Shown here piece after piece: positions 18,471 to 30,241 of a stretch of DNA of 64,000 nt (position 1 is its first letter; each line of letters opens with the position of its first letter). Source of the stretch: an uncultured delta proteobacterium (GTDB lineage: Bacteria > Desulfobacterota > Binatia > UBA9968). The stretch is taken from positions 1,536,369-1,600,368 of the forward strand of contig CAWDMI010000002.1 in NCBI GenBank assembly GCA_963803415.1, written 5' to 3'. The notes beneath the pieces are model-generated. The model saw only the letters and a program-made list of their open reading frames with translations, did not search any database and was not told the origin of the DNA. Position numbers and translations under genes: made by a program.

Positions 18471-20042
18471 TTAAGATCCGAGCTGCGCGCCCAGCTCGCC
18501 CAACGTTTCGTAGGTCAGCGTCTGGTACGCGCTGATTTCCGCTGCGATCTGTTGGAAGATTTCCTGGGAGCTATGGTACGAAGCTTGCACACCGGCTTCG
18601 GCCAATAGACGGCTGAAGACTTCCCAGTCTTGGAGGACGTGATGCGGAGCAACAAGCGCCGCGCGTACCCTTTGGACTCTTCCCTTCCGATTAGTATAGG
18701 TCCCCTCTTTTTCGGCAAAATTGCTGGCTGGGAGGACCACGTGCGCGAGTTGGGCCGAGGCGCTCAAATAGGCGTCTTGAACCACCAGAAAAGAAAGCTT
18801 CTTAAGAGCATTCGGGATGTCGGGTCTCTCGGCAGAATAAGAGAGCAGGTCTTCGCCGACAAGATAGAGGCTCGAGAATTCATTTTGGATCAGCCGCTGC
18901 AGCCAGAAATCCATGCTCCCATCGGTACCGATTCCCATGTCTCTCGCCCCGCGAAAATTGGGAGAACGGTCCGGACTCATCAGGATCCTTGCGGTCTCTG
19001 AAAGCCCTCTTTCCTGATAAAAGACCGCTGAAACAGCTTTCGGACTCAGGTGCTTTAGCAATCGAGCGAAGAGAAAGGCTTCCTCGTTGGTGTTCCGGCC
19101 CGAGATAAGACCGGCGACGCATTCGGTGGCGCTCAGTCCTGCGAAAATTGTTCTGAGGGCTGTTTCCCAGTCCGTCGCAACGAGTCCCCCTTCTTGGCGG
19201 ATCAAAGGCGAGCTGAGACGCTCACCTTCTGTCAGGGAGTGGAAGCAGTAGCGCCCTTCGTCGCAGATCCAGTGACTGTTCACTTCTTCGTTGACCCGCG
19301 GCTTAAACCGGGAAATGCGGTTCTGGTAAGTTTCCACCTGGATGTTGCAGCCCGTGCTGCAGCCAGGACAAATCGAAGCCGTGCTCGTGAGGTACCAGAC
19401 ACGAACCTTAAAACGAAAATCGCGGTCGGTGAGAGCGCCTACCGGACAGATATCATTGACGTTCGCGGACAGCGGGTTATCCAGGAACTTGTCCGGGAAA
19501 AGGGCGATGGTTGACTGGTCCCCGCGATTGAGGATGGTCAGCTCTTCAGTGTGCGTGACTTCCTGGAGAAAACGGACGCAGCGAGTACATTTGATGCAGC
19601 GCTCAGCGTCGAAGATCACGTGCGGTCCAAAAACGTGTCGCTTCTGGTTGTGCACCTTGTTTTCCTGAAAGTGGCTGCTCATTAGATCGTGCTTCATGTA
19701 GTAGTCCTGCAACCAGCACTCTCCGGCCTGATCGCAGATGGGACAATCCAAGGGGTGATTAATGAGCAAGAACTCCATCACGGCGCGGCGGGCATCGAGA
19801 ACCTTTTGAGTTTGGGTTCTCACGACCATCCCCTCGGTTGCTTGCGTATTGCAAGCAATCTGTAATTTGGGCATCTTTTCGATCTCTACCAGGCACATGC
19901 GGCAGTTGCCGGCGATCGTAAGCTTCGGATGATAGCAATAGTGCGGGATCGAAATGCCCTCGTCCGCAGCTGCTTCGATAACGGTTTTCCCTTTGGTAAC
20001 TGTGGTTTCGTGCCCGTCGATTGTGAGTTTAACGGTGTCCAT
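18471..20042 (-). CDS. nuoG: NADH-quinone oxidoreductase subunit G (short form)
   Basis: N-terminal 2Fe-2S and 4Fe-4S cysteine clusters (CRMC...C; HPLDCPICDQAGEC; CIKCTRCVRF; CPVGALT), followed by a truncated molybdopterin-like domain. Length 523 aa. Confidence 0.9.
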   Translation of the reverse strand: MDTVKLTIDGHETTVTKGKTVIEAAADEGISIPHYCYHPKLTIAGNCRMCLVEIEKMPKLQIACNTQATEGMVVRTQTQKVLDARRAVMEFLLINHPLDCPICDQAGECWLQDYYMKHDLMSSHFQENKVHNQKRHVFGPHVIFDAERCIKCTRCVRFLQEVTHTEELTILNRGDQSTIALFPDKFLDNPLSANVNDICPVGALTDRDFRFKVRVWYLTSTASICPGCSTGCNIQVETYQNRISRFKPRVNEEVNSHWICDEGRYCFHSLTEGERLSSPLIRQEGGLVATDWETALRTIFAGLSATECVAGLISGRNTNEEAFLFARLLKHLSPKAVSAVFYQERGLSETARILMSPDRSPNFRGARDMGIGTDGSMDFWLQRLIQNEFSSLYLVGEDLLSYSAERPDIPNALKKLSFLVVQDAYLSASAQLAHVVLPASNFAEKEGTYTNRKGRVQRVRAALVAPHHVLQDWEVFSRLLAEAGVQASYHSSQEIFQQIAAEISAYQTLTYETLGELGAQLGS

Positions 20043-20045
20043 GCT

Positions 20046-21317
20046 CTAAAGGGGCAAGGTGACGCATTTTTGCTGCTTGACATGGGCTTCGAATTCAGCG
20101 CGATATTTCTTGATAAAGGCAGCTGCCGGCATCGCGGCCGCGTCCCCGAAAGGACAGATCGTGTTGCCGATAATGTTTCCGCTGACGTTCAGGATCAAGT
20201 CTAGGTCCTTCATGGTTCCCTGCCCGTTCTCAATGCGGTGGAAGATCTTCTCCATCCAATGGCAACCCTCGCGGCAAGGAGTGCACTGGCCGCACGATTC
20301 ATGGGCAAAAAAACGCGCAATGTTCCAGGCGGCCTTGACCATGCAAGTCGTCTCATCCATGACAATCACACCCCCGGAACCCAGCAGCGAACCTGCCTGT
20401 TGCAGCGACTCATAATCGAGACGCACTCCTTCGATCTCATCGGCGCGCAGGACCGGCATCGACGCGCCGCCCGGGATGACCCCCTTAAGCGTTCTTCCGT
20501 TAGCGACGCCGCCACAATCTTCTTCCAGGAAACGCTGCAATGGATATCCCATCTCAAGCTCGTAAACTCCAGGGTTTTCGATATGGCCGCTGACGCTGAA
20601 CAGCTTGGTCCCTTTGCTTTTTTCCGTTCCCAGGGCGGCATAGGCCGCCGCACCACGGTCGATGATCCACGGAAGCGCGGCCAGGGTCTCGACGTTATTG
20701 ACAACGGTGGGACACCCAAACAATCCGTGAGTTGCCGGGAAGGGAGGTTTCACCTTGGGCCAGCCCTTGCCCCCTTCAAGCGACGAGATCAACGCTGTTT
20801 CTTCGCCGCAAATATATGCGCCCGCGCCGCGGTGCAGGATCAATTCTAAATCGTAGCCAGAGCCCAAGATCGATGCTCCCAAATAACCGGCTTCTTTTGC
20901 TTCCTCAATCGCCCTTTCCAGGACACGGCTGCCGAAAGCGAACTCACCGCGGATATAGATGAAGGCCATATGCGATCGGATCGCGTATGCTGCAATGATT
21001 GTGCCTTCAATCATCGCATGCGGATCCCGTTCAATGAGAATTCTGTCCTTAAAGGTGCCGGGTTCACTTTCGTCAGCGTTGCAGATCAGATATTTGGGCT
21101 TGGGGCTGTCCTTGGGAACAAAACTCCACTTCATGCCTGTGGGAAAACCAGCCCCGCCTCGACCTCTCAACCCTGAGTTCTTCACCTCCTCGATGACTTG
21201 CTCAGGGGATATCCCCTGAAGCACTTTTTCCAGAGCGCGATACCCGCCGCGTGATTTGTAGACTCTCAGTGTATGCGAATCACGCGCTTCAAGGTTGCGG
21301 AGGAGCAAGCTTTCCAT
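20046..21317 (-). CDS. nuoF: NADH-quinone oxidoreductase subunit F (NADH/FMN-binding, 51 kDa)
   Basis: FMN/NADH-binding glycine-rich motifs (GRGGAGFPTG; GAGAYICGEETALISSLEG) and the N3 4Fe-4S cysteines (ESCGQCTPCREG). Confidence 0.95.
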   Translation of the reverse strand: MESLLLRNLEARDSHTLRVYKSRGGYRALEKVLQGISPEQVIEEVKNSGLRGRGGAGFPTGMKWSFVPKDSPKPKYLICNADESEPGTFKDRILIERDPHAMIEGTIIAAYAIRSHMAFIYIRGEFAFGSRVLERAIEEAKEAGYLGASILGSGYDLELILHRGAGAYICGEETALISSLEGGKGWPKVKPPFPATHGLFGCPTVVNNVETLAALPWIIDRGAAAYAALGTEKSKGTKLFSVSGHIENPGVYELEMGYPLQRFLEEDCGGVANGRTLKGVIPGGASMPVLRADEIEGVRLDYESLQQAGSLLGSGGVIVMDETTCMVKAAWNIARFFAHESCGQCTPCREGCHWMEKIFHRIENGQGTMKDLDLILNVSGNIIGNTICPFGDAAAMPAAAFIKKYRAEFEAHVKQQKCVTLPL

Positions 21318-21326
21318 CTGGCTGGT

Positions 21327-21824
21327 TCAACGTGGATCGGGTGACTGCAACTCTTCCAAGCTCTGGATGATTGCCGCGACCGTCTCTTCGGAAAGATTTT
21401 CGTAGTAGTCGTCGTTGATTTGCATCATGGGCGCCGTACCGCAAGAAGCCAAACATTCGACTTCAGAGAGAGTGAACTTGCCGTTCGGGGTAGTCTCGCC
21501 GACTTGGATGCCGAGCTTGGATTTGAGAATCGCAGTGATTTTCTCGGCTCCTTTAAGCGCGCACGGAAGTGTCCGGCAAACTTGGATATGATGGTGCCCG
21601 ATCGGTTTCATATTGAGCATGGTGTAGAAAGTCACCACTCCGTAGACCCGAGCCACGGGCAGCTGCAGGATTGTCGCGACATAATCAACGGCTTGGGAGC
21701 TCAGATGGCCGAATTCTTGTTGCGCCAGGTAAAGAACGGGCAGCAGTGCGGCCTCTTTTTTGGGATAGCGCTGCACGAGTTCGGTAAACTTTCGCAGCGC
21801 CGCCGGGGAGAACTCTAAAACCAT
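21327..21824 (-). CDS. nuoE: NADH-quinone oxidoreductase subunit E (24 kDa, 2Fe-2S)
   Basis: 165 aa with thioredoxin-like 2Fe-2S cysteines (CRTLPC ... CLASCGTAP). Confidence 0.9.
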   Translation of the reverse strand: MVLEFSPAALRKFTELVQRYPKKEAALLPVLYLAQQEFGHLSSQAVDYVATILQLPVARVYGVVTFYTMLNMKPIGHHHIQVCRTLPCALKGAEKITAILKSKLGIQVGETTPNGKFTLSEVECLASCGTAPMMQINDDYYENLSEETVAAIIQSLEELQSPDPR

Positions 21825-21831
21825 CTCACAC

Positions 21832-23022
21832 CTATCGGTCGCATTCGCCGCCGATCATGTTGACCATGCCAAAAGTCGGAACGATGTCGGCTATCATATG
21901 GCCGCGAATCATCTCGGGAAAAGCCGCCATGGCGATAAAGCACGGGGGACGCACGCGCAGCGTATAAGGTTTGCCTCCGCCATCGCTCACTATATAGAAG
22001 CCCAATTCACCGTTTCCCCCCTCGACGGCAAAGTAAACTTCTCCAGGCGGTACCTTGATCCCCTCGATAATGATCTTGAAATGATCCATCAACCCTTCGA
22101 TGCTGTTATAAACTCTTTCCTTCTGTGGCAGGATAAAGCGAGGATCATCGATCGCAATGTTACCGGGGGGAAGGTTCTTCAGGGCTTGCTCAACGATGCG
22201 CATGCTTTGCTCGATTTCTTGCACGCGGCAAACGAACCGGTCGTAATTATCGCCTCTGGATCCGACCGGCACGGCAAAGTCCATCTGATTGTAAACCAAG
22301 TAGGGTTGAGCCTTACGGACATCATAATTGATTCCTGTGGATCGTAAGATAGGACCGGTGAGACTATAACTCAAAGCCGTTTCTTGAGAGATGACCCCGA
22401 CATTCGACATGCGATCGATGAAGATGCGGTTGCGCGCGAGCAGGCGGTCGCAATCGCTCAGAATGCTTCTTGTTTTACGGAACGCTTCTTGTACTTGCTC
22501 CGCGAACTGGTACGGGAGATCATGCTTGACTCCGCCGATGCGCGCATAAGTGACGGTTAGCCGGGCCCCAGTCACCGTCTCAGTCAACCTCATGACGAGT
22601 TCGCGTGCTTCTATCATATAGAAACCTACCGTGATGGCGCCCAGTTCAGATGCTGCCATGCCACAGCAGGTCAAATGATCAAAAATGCGCGAAAGCTCGC
22701 TCATGATGACGCGAATGAACTGGCATCTAGGGGGTGGCTCAATCCCGATGAGTTTTTCAACTGCTAGGGCGTAGCCGAAATTGTTGATCAGAGGAGAGGC
22801 GTAGTTCAGACGGTCCGTGTACGGGATCACCTGTGTCCAAGTCGCCTGCTCACAGCTCTTGGCAAAGCCCCGGTGCAAGTAGCCCACCTCTACGTCGCAA
22901 TCAAGAACCTTCTCGCCCTCGAGCTTTAAATTAAATTTTATGGTTCCGTGGGTGGCAGGATGAGATGGGCCCATTTGCAGAGTCATGACTTCCGAAGGTA
23001 GATTGTTTGCTCCTGGTTCCAT
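21832..23022 (-). CDS. nuoD: NADH-quinone oxidoreductase subunit D (49 kDa)
   Basis: 396 aa with NuoD/NiFe-hydrogenase-large-subunit-like signature (LQMGPSHPATHG). Confidence 0.9.
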   Translation of the reverse strand: MEPGANNLPSEVMTLQMGPSHPATHGTIKFNLKLEGEKVLDCDVEVGYLHRGFAKSCEQATWTQVIPYTDRLNYASPLINNFGYALAVEKLIGIEPPPRCQFIRVIMSELSRIFDHLTCCGMAASELGAITVGFYMIEARELVMRLTETVTGARLTVTYARIGGVKHDLPYQFAEQVQEAFRKTRSILSDCDRLLARNRIFIDRMSNVGVISQETALSYSLTGPILRSTGINYDVRKAQPYLVYNQMDFAVPVGSRGDNYDRFVCRVQEIEQSMRIVEQALKNLPPGNIAIDDPRFILPQKERVYNSIEGLMDHFKIIIEGIKVPPGEVYFAVEGGNGELGFYIVSDGGGKPYTLRVRPPCFIAMAAFPEMIRGHMIADIVPTFGMVNMIGGECDR

Positions 23023-23043
23023 ATTAGTTAAAACTGATGGTGT

Positions 23044-23607
23044 TTAAACCTTAGTTGAAAGCTGATGCCTCAGGCGCAAGAGCTTCGTCTCTGATCGCTC
23101 ATCCACGAAAGTTCCTTCGATCTCTCTTAAGGGAACAAGCGGTTGACACTGGTTAACGGGATAATCTTTGCGCAGAGGATGTCCTTGAAACTCTTCGTAA
23201 AGTAAGATTCTGCGAAGGTCAGGATGACCCCCAAAACGAATCCCGTACATGTCCCAAACTTCACGTTCCAACCAGTTCGCTGCTTTCCACAGCGGGGTCA
23301 ACGAATCGACCACGGGATCTTCTTCAGGAACGGGCACCTTAACGCGCAGCCGGAACTTGGTACGTAACGAATAGAAGTGGTACACGACTTCGAAACGAGG
23401 CTCTTTCCTTCCCAGGTAGTCGACCGCGGTGATATCGGTGAGGAAATCCAGGTTCAGTCGTGGATCTTCTCTAAGGAACAGAACCGTCGCGAGTAGTTTG
23501 TCCCGGGTGATAATCATCGTGTCGTGGCCATGTTCGTTGGTGAGTTCCGATATGTCTTGGCCCAGTTTTGCGCACAGGTATTGGCTATTGACGCCCTCTT
23601 CACTCAT
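23044..23607 (-). CDS. nuoC: NADH-quinone oxidoreductase subunit C (30 kDa)
   Basis: 187 aa with NuoC motifs (LWKAANWLEREVWDMYGIRFGGHPDLRRILL). It follows nuoA directly with no nuoB between them. Confidence 0.9.
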   Translation of the reverse strand: MSEEGVNSQYLCAKLGQDISELTNEHGHDTMIITRDKLLATVLFLREDPRLNLDFLTDITAVDYLGRKEPRFEVVYHFYSLRTKFRLRVKVPVPEEDPVVDSLTPLWKAANWLEREVWDMYGIRFGGHPDLRRILLYEEFQGHPLRKDYPVNQCQPLVPLREIEGTFVDERSETKLLRLRHQLSTKV

Positions 23608-23613
23608 GAAATT

Positions 23614-23970
23614 TCAGTCCCATTCGAGGGCGTTTTTCTTCCAAATATAGATATAGGCGATGATCAGGATAGATAGGAAAATCGCCATTTCGACTAGGCC
23701 GAATAAACCCAGGCGACGGAAAATAATTGCCCACGGGTATAAGAAAACGACCTCAATGTCAAAAATCAAAAATAACATGGCTACTAAATAGAATTTAATC
23801 GAGAATTTGACGCGGGCATCGCCCTCGGGCGGATTCCCAGATTCAAACGGTTGCGCTTTGGCAGGATTGCTCTTTTTGGGGCCTAGGGTTTCCGCAAGGG
23901 AGAGCAGGGCGACTACGACACTTCCGGCGACAATAAAAAGAACCAACAAGGGGAGGTAGGGATGATGCAT
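23614..23970 (-). CDS. nuoA: NADH-quinone oxidoreductase subunit A (operon 1)
   Basis: 118 aa, 3 TM helices, first gene of operon 1. Confidence 0.85.
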   Translation of the reverse strand: MHHPYLPLLVLFIVAGSVVVALLSLAETLGPKKSNPAKAQPFESGNPPEGDARVKFSIKFYLVAMLFLIFDIEVVFLYPWAIIFRRLGLFGLVEMAIFLSILIIAYIYIWKKNALEWD

Positions 23971-24114
23971 ATCTGGGGTTCATGACCCGCGTAACGTACC
24001 CGGTAAAGAATGCGAGAAAGTTGGAAGTTACCAGGAAGTTCGTCATTTTTTTGTATTGAAAAAGCGCGCGGATGTCAAGGAAAGTTGACCAATAACGTCC
24101 GCGCTCCGAAACGG

Positions 24115-25269
24115 CTATCTTACCGCTTCGAGGGTCACTCTGACCTGTTCTTGCTTTCCGTTCCGCAGTAACCCCACGGTTACGGTATCCCCAACTTTGT
24201 ACTGTTCCAGAACAAGAAATAAATCGTTCGCCGAAGTGATCTTCTTGCCCTCAACGGCGATTAGCACATCTCCCAGACGGACACGTCCCGTAGAATCTCA
24301 GCGTGTCGGACGTATGCCAGCGCGTGCAGCTGCGCTTTCCGGAGCAACATCATAAACGATGGGCCCGGCTGCACCGAGCTCTTGAGCTATTCGATCCTCA
24401 AGCAGTTGCACCCCAAGCCCGGGACGCGTAACCCGTCCGAAGCGGATAAGCTCAGGAACAACACGATTGACGGTGTCGACCGGGATTGCGAAGCCAATCC
24501 CGGAGGATGCCCCTGAAGGACTATAAATGGCTGTGTTCACGCCGATCATACGACCAGCACTATCAAGCAATGGACCACCGGAGTTTCCAGGATTGATGGC
24601 GGCGTCAGTCTGGATAACCCCTTGAATCGGGTGTCTGGCTACGGATTCGATTTCGCGCCCCAGCGCGCTAATGATCCCCCGGGTTAGCGTTTGATCCAAA
24701 CCAAATGGATTCCCGATCGCGAAAACCTTCTGTCCGACTTGAAGGTCCTTCGAGATTCCTAACGGGATTGGCCGGAGTTGGCCGCGAGGAGCGTCGATCT
24801 TCAGAACCGCGAGGTCTTTATCTGGGGCGTTCCCGACGCGGCGGGCTTTCCAACTCGAGTGATCCGCGAGCGTGACTTGAGCCACGTCGGCATTCTGGAT
24901 TACGTGAAAGTTGGTGACGACGTTACCGAGTTCGTCCCAAATGAGACCTGAGCCGGTGCCCTCTGGAATCTGCAGGAGATTAAGCGTGAACAAATCCTGC
25001 CGGATGGTTAGGGTTGTAATATGGACCACCGACGGGAGGACTGGCGGAACAAAGCGATGGTTGCTTTTTCTTTCTGCGTTCAGATCGCCTGGAGGGGTAA
25101 TGGCCTTTGGCATAGGCCGCGACTCTGCTCTTTCAGCCGACAACGATCGCGTGAGCAGAACCGTAGCCAAGAGAAAGATGAGCACAACCCACGCATAACG
25201 GCAGAGGCGGTTACTAAATTGAAGACGCTGTTTAGATGACATAGGTAGGGGTCTATGCCGATGATTCAC
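24115..25269 (-). pseudogene. htrA: HtrA/DegP-family serine protease (trypsin-like domain plus one PDZ domain) interrupted by an in-frame TGA at 24298-24300
   Basis: N-terminal TM anchor and His/Asp/Ser catalytic triad (TNFHVI, DLAVLKI, GNSGGPL). The ORF stops at TGA after ...AARAGIRPTR. The PDZ domain continues in the same frame for 59 more codons to a TAG at about 24115 (DSTGRVRLGDVLIAVEGKKITSANDLFLVLEQYKVGDTVTVGLLRNGKQEQVRVTLEAVR). Confidence 0.8.
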
Positions 25270-25385
25270 TGCATGGGGTCATCCCAGCGTGGCACAAATT
25301 GTTGGGCATTCTTAGTGAATGGCAAACGAGATGGCTGCGGCAGCCTTTCTTTTTCCTCTTTTAAATGAGTTGTGCTCGGGCGATG

Positions 25386-25766
25386 GTCACGTAATTTGCT
25401 TGGGCTTGACTTTTGCGGCTTTGGGCAGCGTGACTAACAGCAGGCCGTTCTCGTATTCAGCGGTGACACCCTTTTCTTCAATAAGGAGCGGTAACGATCG
25501 AAGCTCGCGAAGGAGATCACTTGATCTTGCCGCTGGAAGATCCAGGGTTTCCGACTTCAAAGAGGGAAAGGAACTTGCGCATCGAGAAGATGGAACCTTT
25601 TCTGCGGGCAGATCTGCTAACGCCGCGCAAACGAGCTTCTAACAGAGTGACGGTGCGATTTGGCGCGATTAACTTTTCAGTGATCGCCTCAGCGAGATAT
25701 TTACTTCGTCTCCATGATCTGCCGGTTCCAGAACAACTGGGAGAGCTCGGTTCACAGTTTCCATGA
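25386..25766 (-). pseudogene. Degraded Hsp20/alpha-crystallin-family small heat-shock protein remnant (multiple frame breaks)
   Basis: A C-terminal Hsp20-like segment is readable in one minus frame (RSLPLLIEEKGVTAEYENGLLLVTLPKAAKVKPKQIT*). A mid-domain-like segment sits in another frame (GSIFSMRKF). There is no intact ORF of 60 aa or more. The remnant lies between htrA and groEL. Confidence 0.35.
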
Positions 25767-25970
25767 ATTCAAAACGTAGGTCAGCGCTAACAAAGGAAAG
25801 CCTCTAGAGTGGCACGAGGGCACGGTGATTCCGTTGATCCACTATATACTGATGGGATCAAAATGCGGGAGAAAAGGCAGAATGGAGTGGGTGGGTCGGG
25901 TGTCCCAAAATCGAAAAGGGGCAGCCCCATTCGAAGATGCCCCTTTTCGATTGCTGTCGCAATTTGCTTA

Positions 25971-27602
<1,632 letters not shown>

Positions 27603-27609
27603 TTAAAAC

Positions 27610-27906
27610 TTATTCAATCACTCCGAGAACATCCTCTTCACGGAGTATAAGATGATCTTCTCCGCCGATCTTTATCTCTGTTCCCGCGTACTTCCCAAAA
27701 AGAATCTTATCCCCAACCTTCACGTCCAGAGGGATAACCTTCCCGTCCTCATGTTTGCCGGAGCCGACCGCAATCACGCGGCCCTCTTGCGGTTTTTCCT
27801 TGGCTGTGTCCGGGATGATGATTCCACCTTTGGACTTTTCTTCTTCCTCGAGTCTCTTAACGATGACCCGGTCATGTAACGGGCGAACCTTCGTAGCCAT
27901 AGGCAT
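27610..27906 (-). CDS. groS: Co-chaperonin GroES (Cpn10)
   Basis: 98 aa canonical GroES ([24 protein letters not shown]...), located immediately upstream of groEL. Confidence 0.95.
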   Translation of the reverse strand: MPMATKVRPLHDRVIVKRLEEEEKSKGGIIIPDTAKEKPQEGRVIAVGSGKHEDGKVIPLDVKVGDKILFGKYAGTEIKIGGEDHLILREEDVLGVIE

Positions 27907-28062
27907 CCTCCCTTAAAACTATATTTTATCTTGTCAACTAACGGTGAAATTCGGTGAAGTCGGTGTGCAATTTAACTTCGATTCTTGAAACGTCAAGGGG
28001 TGATGGGTTAGTTTGCTGGAGAATTCTTGTGCGCCAAGAAATCTCGAGCGGGGGACTAATCT

Positions 28063-28695
28063 ATGGAAGATAAGCCGATCAAAATTTGGGGAAGAAGAGA
28101 TTCATCCAACGTCCAAAAGGTTCTGTGGTGTTGCGCGGAACTTGGTCTTTCTTACGAGCGAATCGATCTCGGAGGTCGATTTGGCGGTAACCAGGAGAAT
28201 TCCTATCTGCGTCTTAACCCAAACGGGTTGGTCCCCACAATCGAAGATGGCGGTTTTGTCCTTTGGGAATCAAATAGCATCATCCGCTACCTTGCCGAGA
28301 AATATGGTCGGGAGAGGTTGGTGCCTGTTACTGCTGAGGGTCGAGCCAATGCTAACCGGTGGATGGACTGGCAACTGACAACGATAAGTTCAAGCATGGT
28401 GCCCCTTTTCTGGGGGCTCATTCGGACTCCGGAAGAGAAGAGAAACCGGGATATGATCGAACAGGCATTGAAGAAAGCGACCAAGACCTGGGAGATTTTG
28501 AATAAACACTTGGCAACGAGTTCTTTTGTTGCAGGCGAAAAGTTCAGCATCGGTGATATCCCGCTGGGGGTATGGGTGTACCGATGGTTCAACCTTCCTA
28601 TAGAACGGCGAACCATGGAGCACCTGAACACTTGGTATGGTCGTCTCCTGGAGAGCGTGGCATACCAAACTCAGGTAATGATTCCTCTGACCTGA
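28063..28695 (+). CDS. Glutathione S-transferase family protein
   Basis: N-terminal thioredoxin-like GST domain (IKIWGRRDSSNVQKVLWCCAELGL...ESNSIIRYLAEKYG) and a C-terminal helical domain. Its GC content is noticeably lower than that of its neighbours. Confidence 0.85.
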   Translation: MEDKPIKIWGRRDSSNVQKVLWCCAELGLSYERIDLGGRFGGNQENSYLRLNPNGLVPTIEDGGFVLWESNSIIRYLAEKYGRERLVPVTAEGRANANRWMDWQLTTISSSMVPLFWGLIRTPEEKRNRDMIEQALKKATKTWEILNKHLATSSFVAGEKFSIGDIPLGVWVYRWFNLPIERRTMEHLNTWYGRLLESVAYQTQVMIPLT

Positions 28696-28749
28696 ACCGT
28701 CGAGCGCGCGTTCAAAGCGTGGTGCCCTAAGCAGCCGAGCGATGACCAA

Positions 28750-30234
28750 CTACTTCATGAAAAACTTCAGTGACTCGCTGCTGTATTGAAGAAGGGGTCC
28801 AAAATAGACACCGAACAAAATCGTGACAGTGGTAAGAACTCCGAGAAGAGCAGAGCTTATCGGGGTCATTTCTACGCTAGGCGAATTGGGCTCAGGAAAA
28901 TCAAGAAACATGGTTTTTACAATTCTCGCATAATAGTAGAGTGATATGACGCTATTAATAATTGCCACAAGCGCAAGGATCACAAATGCTCCGCCTTGCT
29001 TGATCACGGCGGCAAAGAGGAAAAACTTCCCCGCGAACCCTGCCAGGGGCGGGAGACCGGTCAGAGAAAAAAGAAATATCGCCATGCACACCGCCAGGCT
29101 TGTAGCCCCGCGCCAAGCGAGGCCACGGTACCCCTCTATATCTTCTCTTCCGGTAGCATTAGCGACGATCATGACGACGAGGAAGGCGCCGAGGTTCATG
29201 ACCAGGTAGACCATGATGTAGAACAGCATCGCCTGTAGGCCATCGTTGTTCAATACCACGAGTCCCATTAAAATGTAGCCGGCATGAGCGATTCCCGAGT
29301 AGGCCAGAAGACGTTTGACGTTTTGTTGATTGAGCGCGCAGAGGTTACCGACGGTCATAGTAAGCATACTCACAAATAGCAGGGCGTTCGGCCATTCGAC
29401 ACCGGTAACGGAAATCCAATTCCCGCCTTCCGCGAGACGTGAGGCTGCCGGGAAGAAAAACCGTATCATGATCGCAACACCCGCTGCGTTGGACCCGACG
29501 GAGAGAAACGCGGTAAACGGGGTAGGGGCACCTTGGTAAACGTCTGGAGACCACATGTGAAAAGGGACCAAGACAACTTTATAGCCAAAGCCGGCGAGGA
29601 TAAGAATAAAGGCAATGAAAAGCGTTACGTGATTCGTCTGGCCTTGGAGCAAAACTTCACTGATCCGCGCGTAGTCGAGGCTTCCAGTCATGCCGTAGAT
29701 CCAGCTCATGCCGTAAATCATGATGCCGGATGCCACCCCGCCATAGATAAGGTACTTCAAACTAGCCTCACTCGAACGGCGATTGTGAGGTAAAAAACCC
29801 GTCAGAATGTAAGAAGTTAGACTGGCCAGCTCCAAGGAAAGATAAGCCATGAGGAGGTTGCTCGCCGAGGCCATGAGAAACATGCCGAGGGCCGAGGTGA
29901 GGAGGATAGCGTAATACTCGCCCTGATGGAGACTACGGACCTCGTTGGAATCCCATGACATCCAAGTCACAAGCATGACGGCGAGCAAAAAGACAACCTT
30001 GAAGAATAAGCCAAAGTTGTCCAGCACGACCATGCGATGGAACAGCCAGCCTGGTGTGGCTCCGTAAAGCTGCAAGGTTGCGAGAAGTGAAAGGAATGAA
30101 CCTACCAGGGCCAACCCGGCCAGACCCCGTTTCTGCTCTGTTACTAAATCGAGCAGCGTGATCAGCAGAATCGTACCGGTCAAGATGATCTCAGGAAGAA
30201 AGAAAGTCAGGCTCTCTAAATTGCTTAGGTCCAT
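28750..30234 (-). CDS. nuoN: NADH-quinone oxidoreductase subunit N (operon 2)
   Basis: 494 aa antiporter-like subunit, last gene of the second nuo cluster. Confidence 0.9.
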   Translation of the reverse strand: MDLSNLESLTFFLPEIILTGTILLITLLDLVTEQKRGLAGLALVGSFLSLLATLQLYGATPGWLFHRMVVLDNFGLFFKVVFLLAVMLVTWMSWDSNEVRSLHQGEYYAILLTSALGMFLMASASNLLMAYLSLELASLTSYILTGFLPHNRRSSEASLKYLIYGGVASGIMIYGMSWIYGMTGSLDYARISEVLLQGQTNHVTLFIAFILILAGFGYKVVLVPFHMWSPDVYQGAPTPFTAFLSVGSNAAGVAIMIRFFFPAASRLAEGGNWISVTGVEWPNALLFVSMLTMTVGNLCALNQQNVKRLLAYSGIAHAGYILMGLVVLNNDGLQAMLFYIMVYLVMNLGAFLVVMIVANATGREDIEGYRGLAWRGATSLAVCMAIFLFSLTGLPPLAGFAGKFFLFAAVIKQGGAFVILALVAIINSVISLYYYARIVKTMFLDFPEPNSPSVEMTPISSALLGVLTTVTILFGVYFGPLLQYSSESLKFFMK

Positions 30235-30241
30235 GGCGGGT

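Noticed and set aside
24298-24300. In-frame TGA in htrA as a selenocysteine or other programmed recoding site
   Set aside because: No Sec-containing HtrA is known. The position corresponds to a linker where no catalytic Cys is expected. I see no convincing SECIS-like hairpin immediately downstream. A nonsense mutation or base-call error is more parsimonious.
27907-28062. CIRCE (HrcA) operator or a sigma-32 promoter upstream of groES
   Set aside because: No TTAGCACTC-N9-GAGTGCTAA-like palindrome is present. The only CTTGAAA heptamer is on the wrong strand (pointing toward the GST gene) and lacks a CCCCAT -10 partner.
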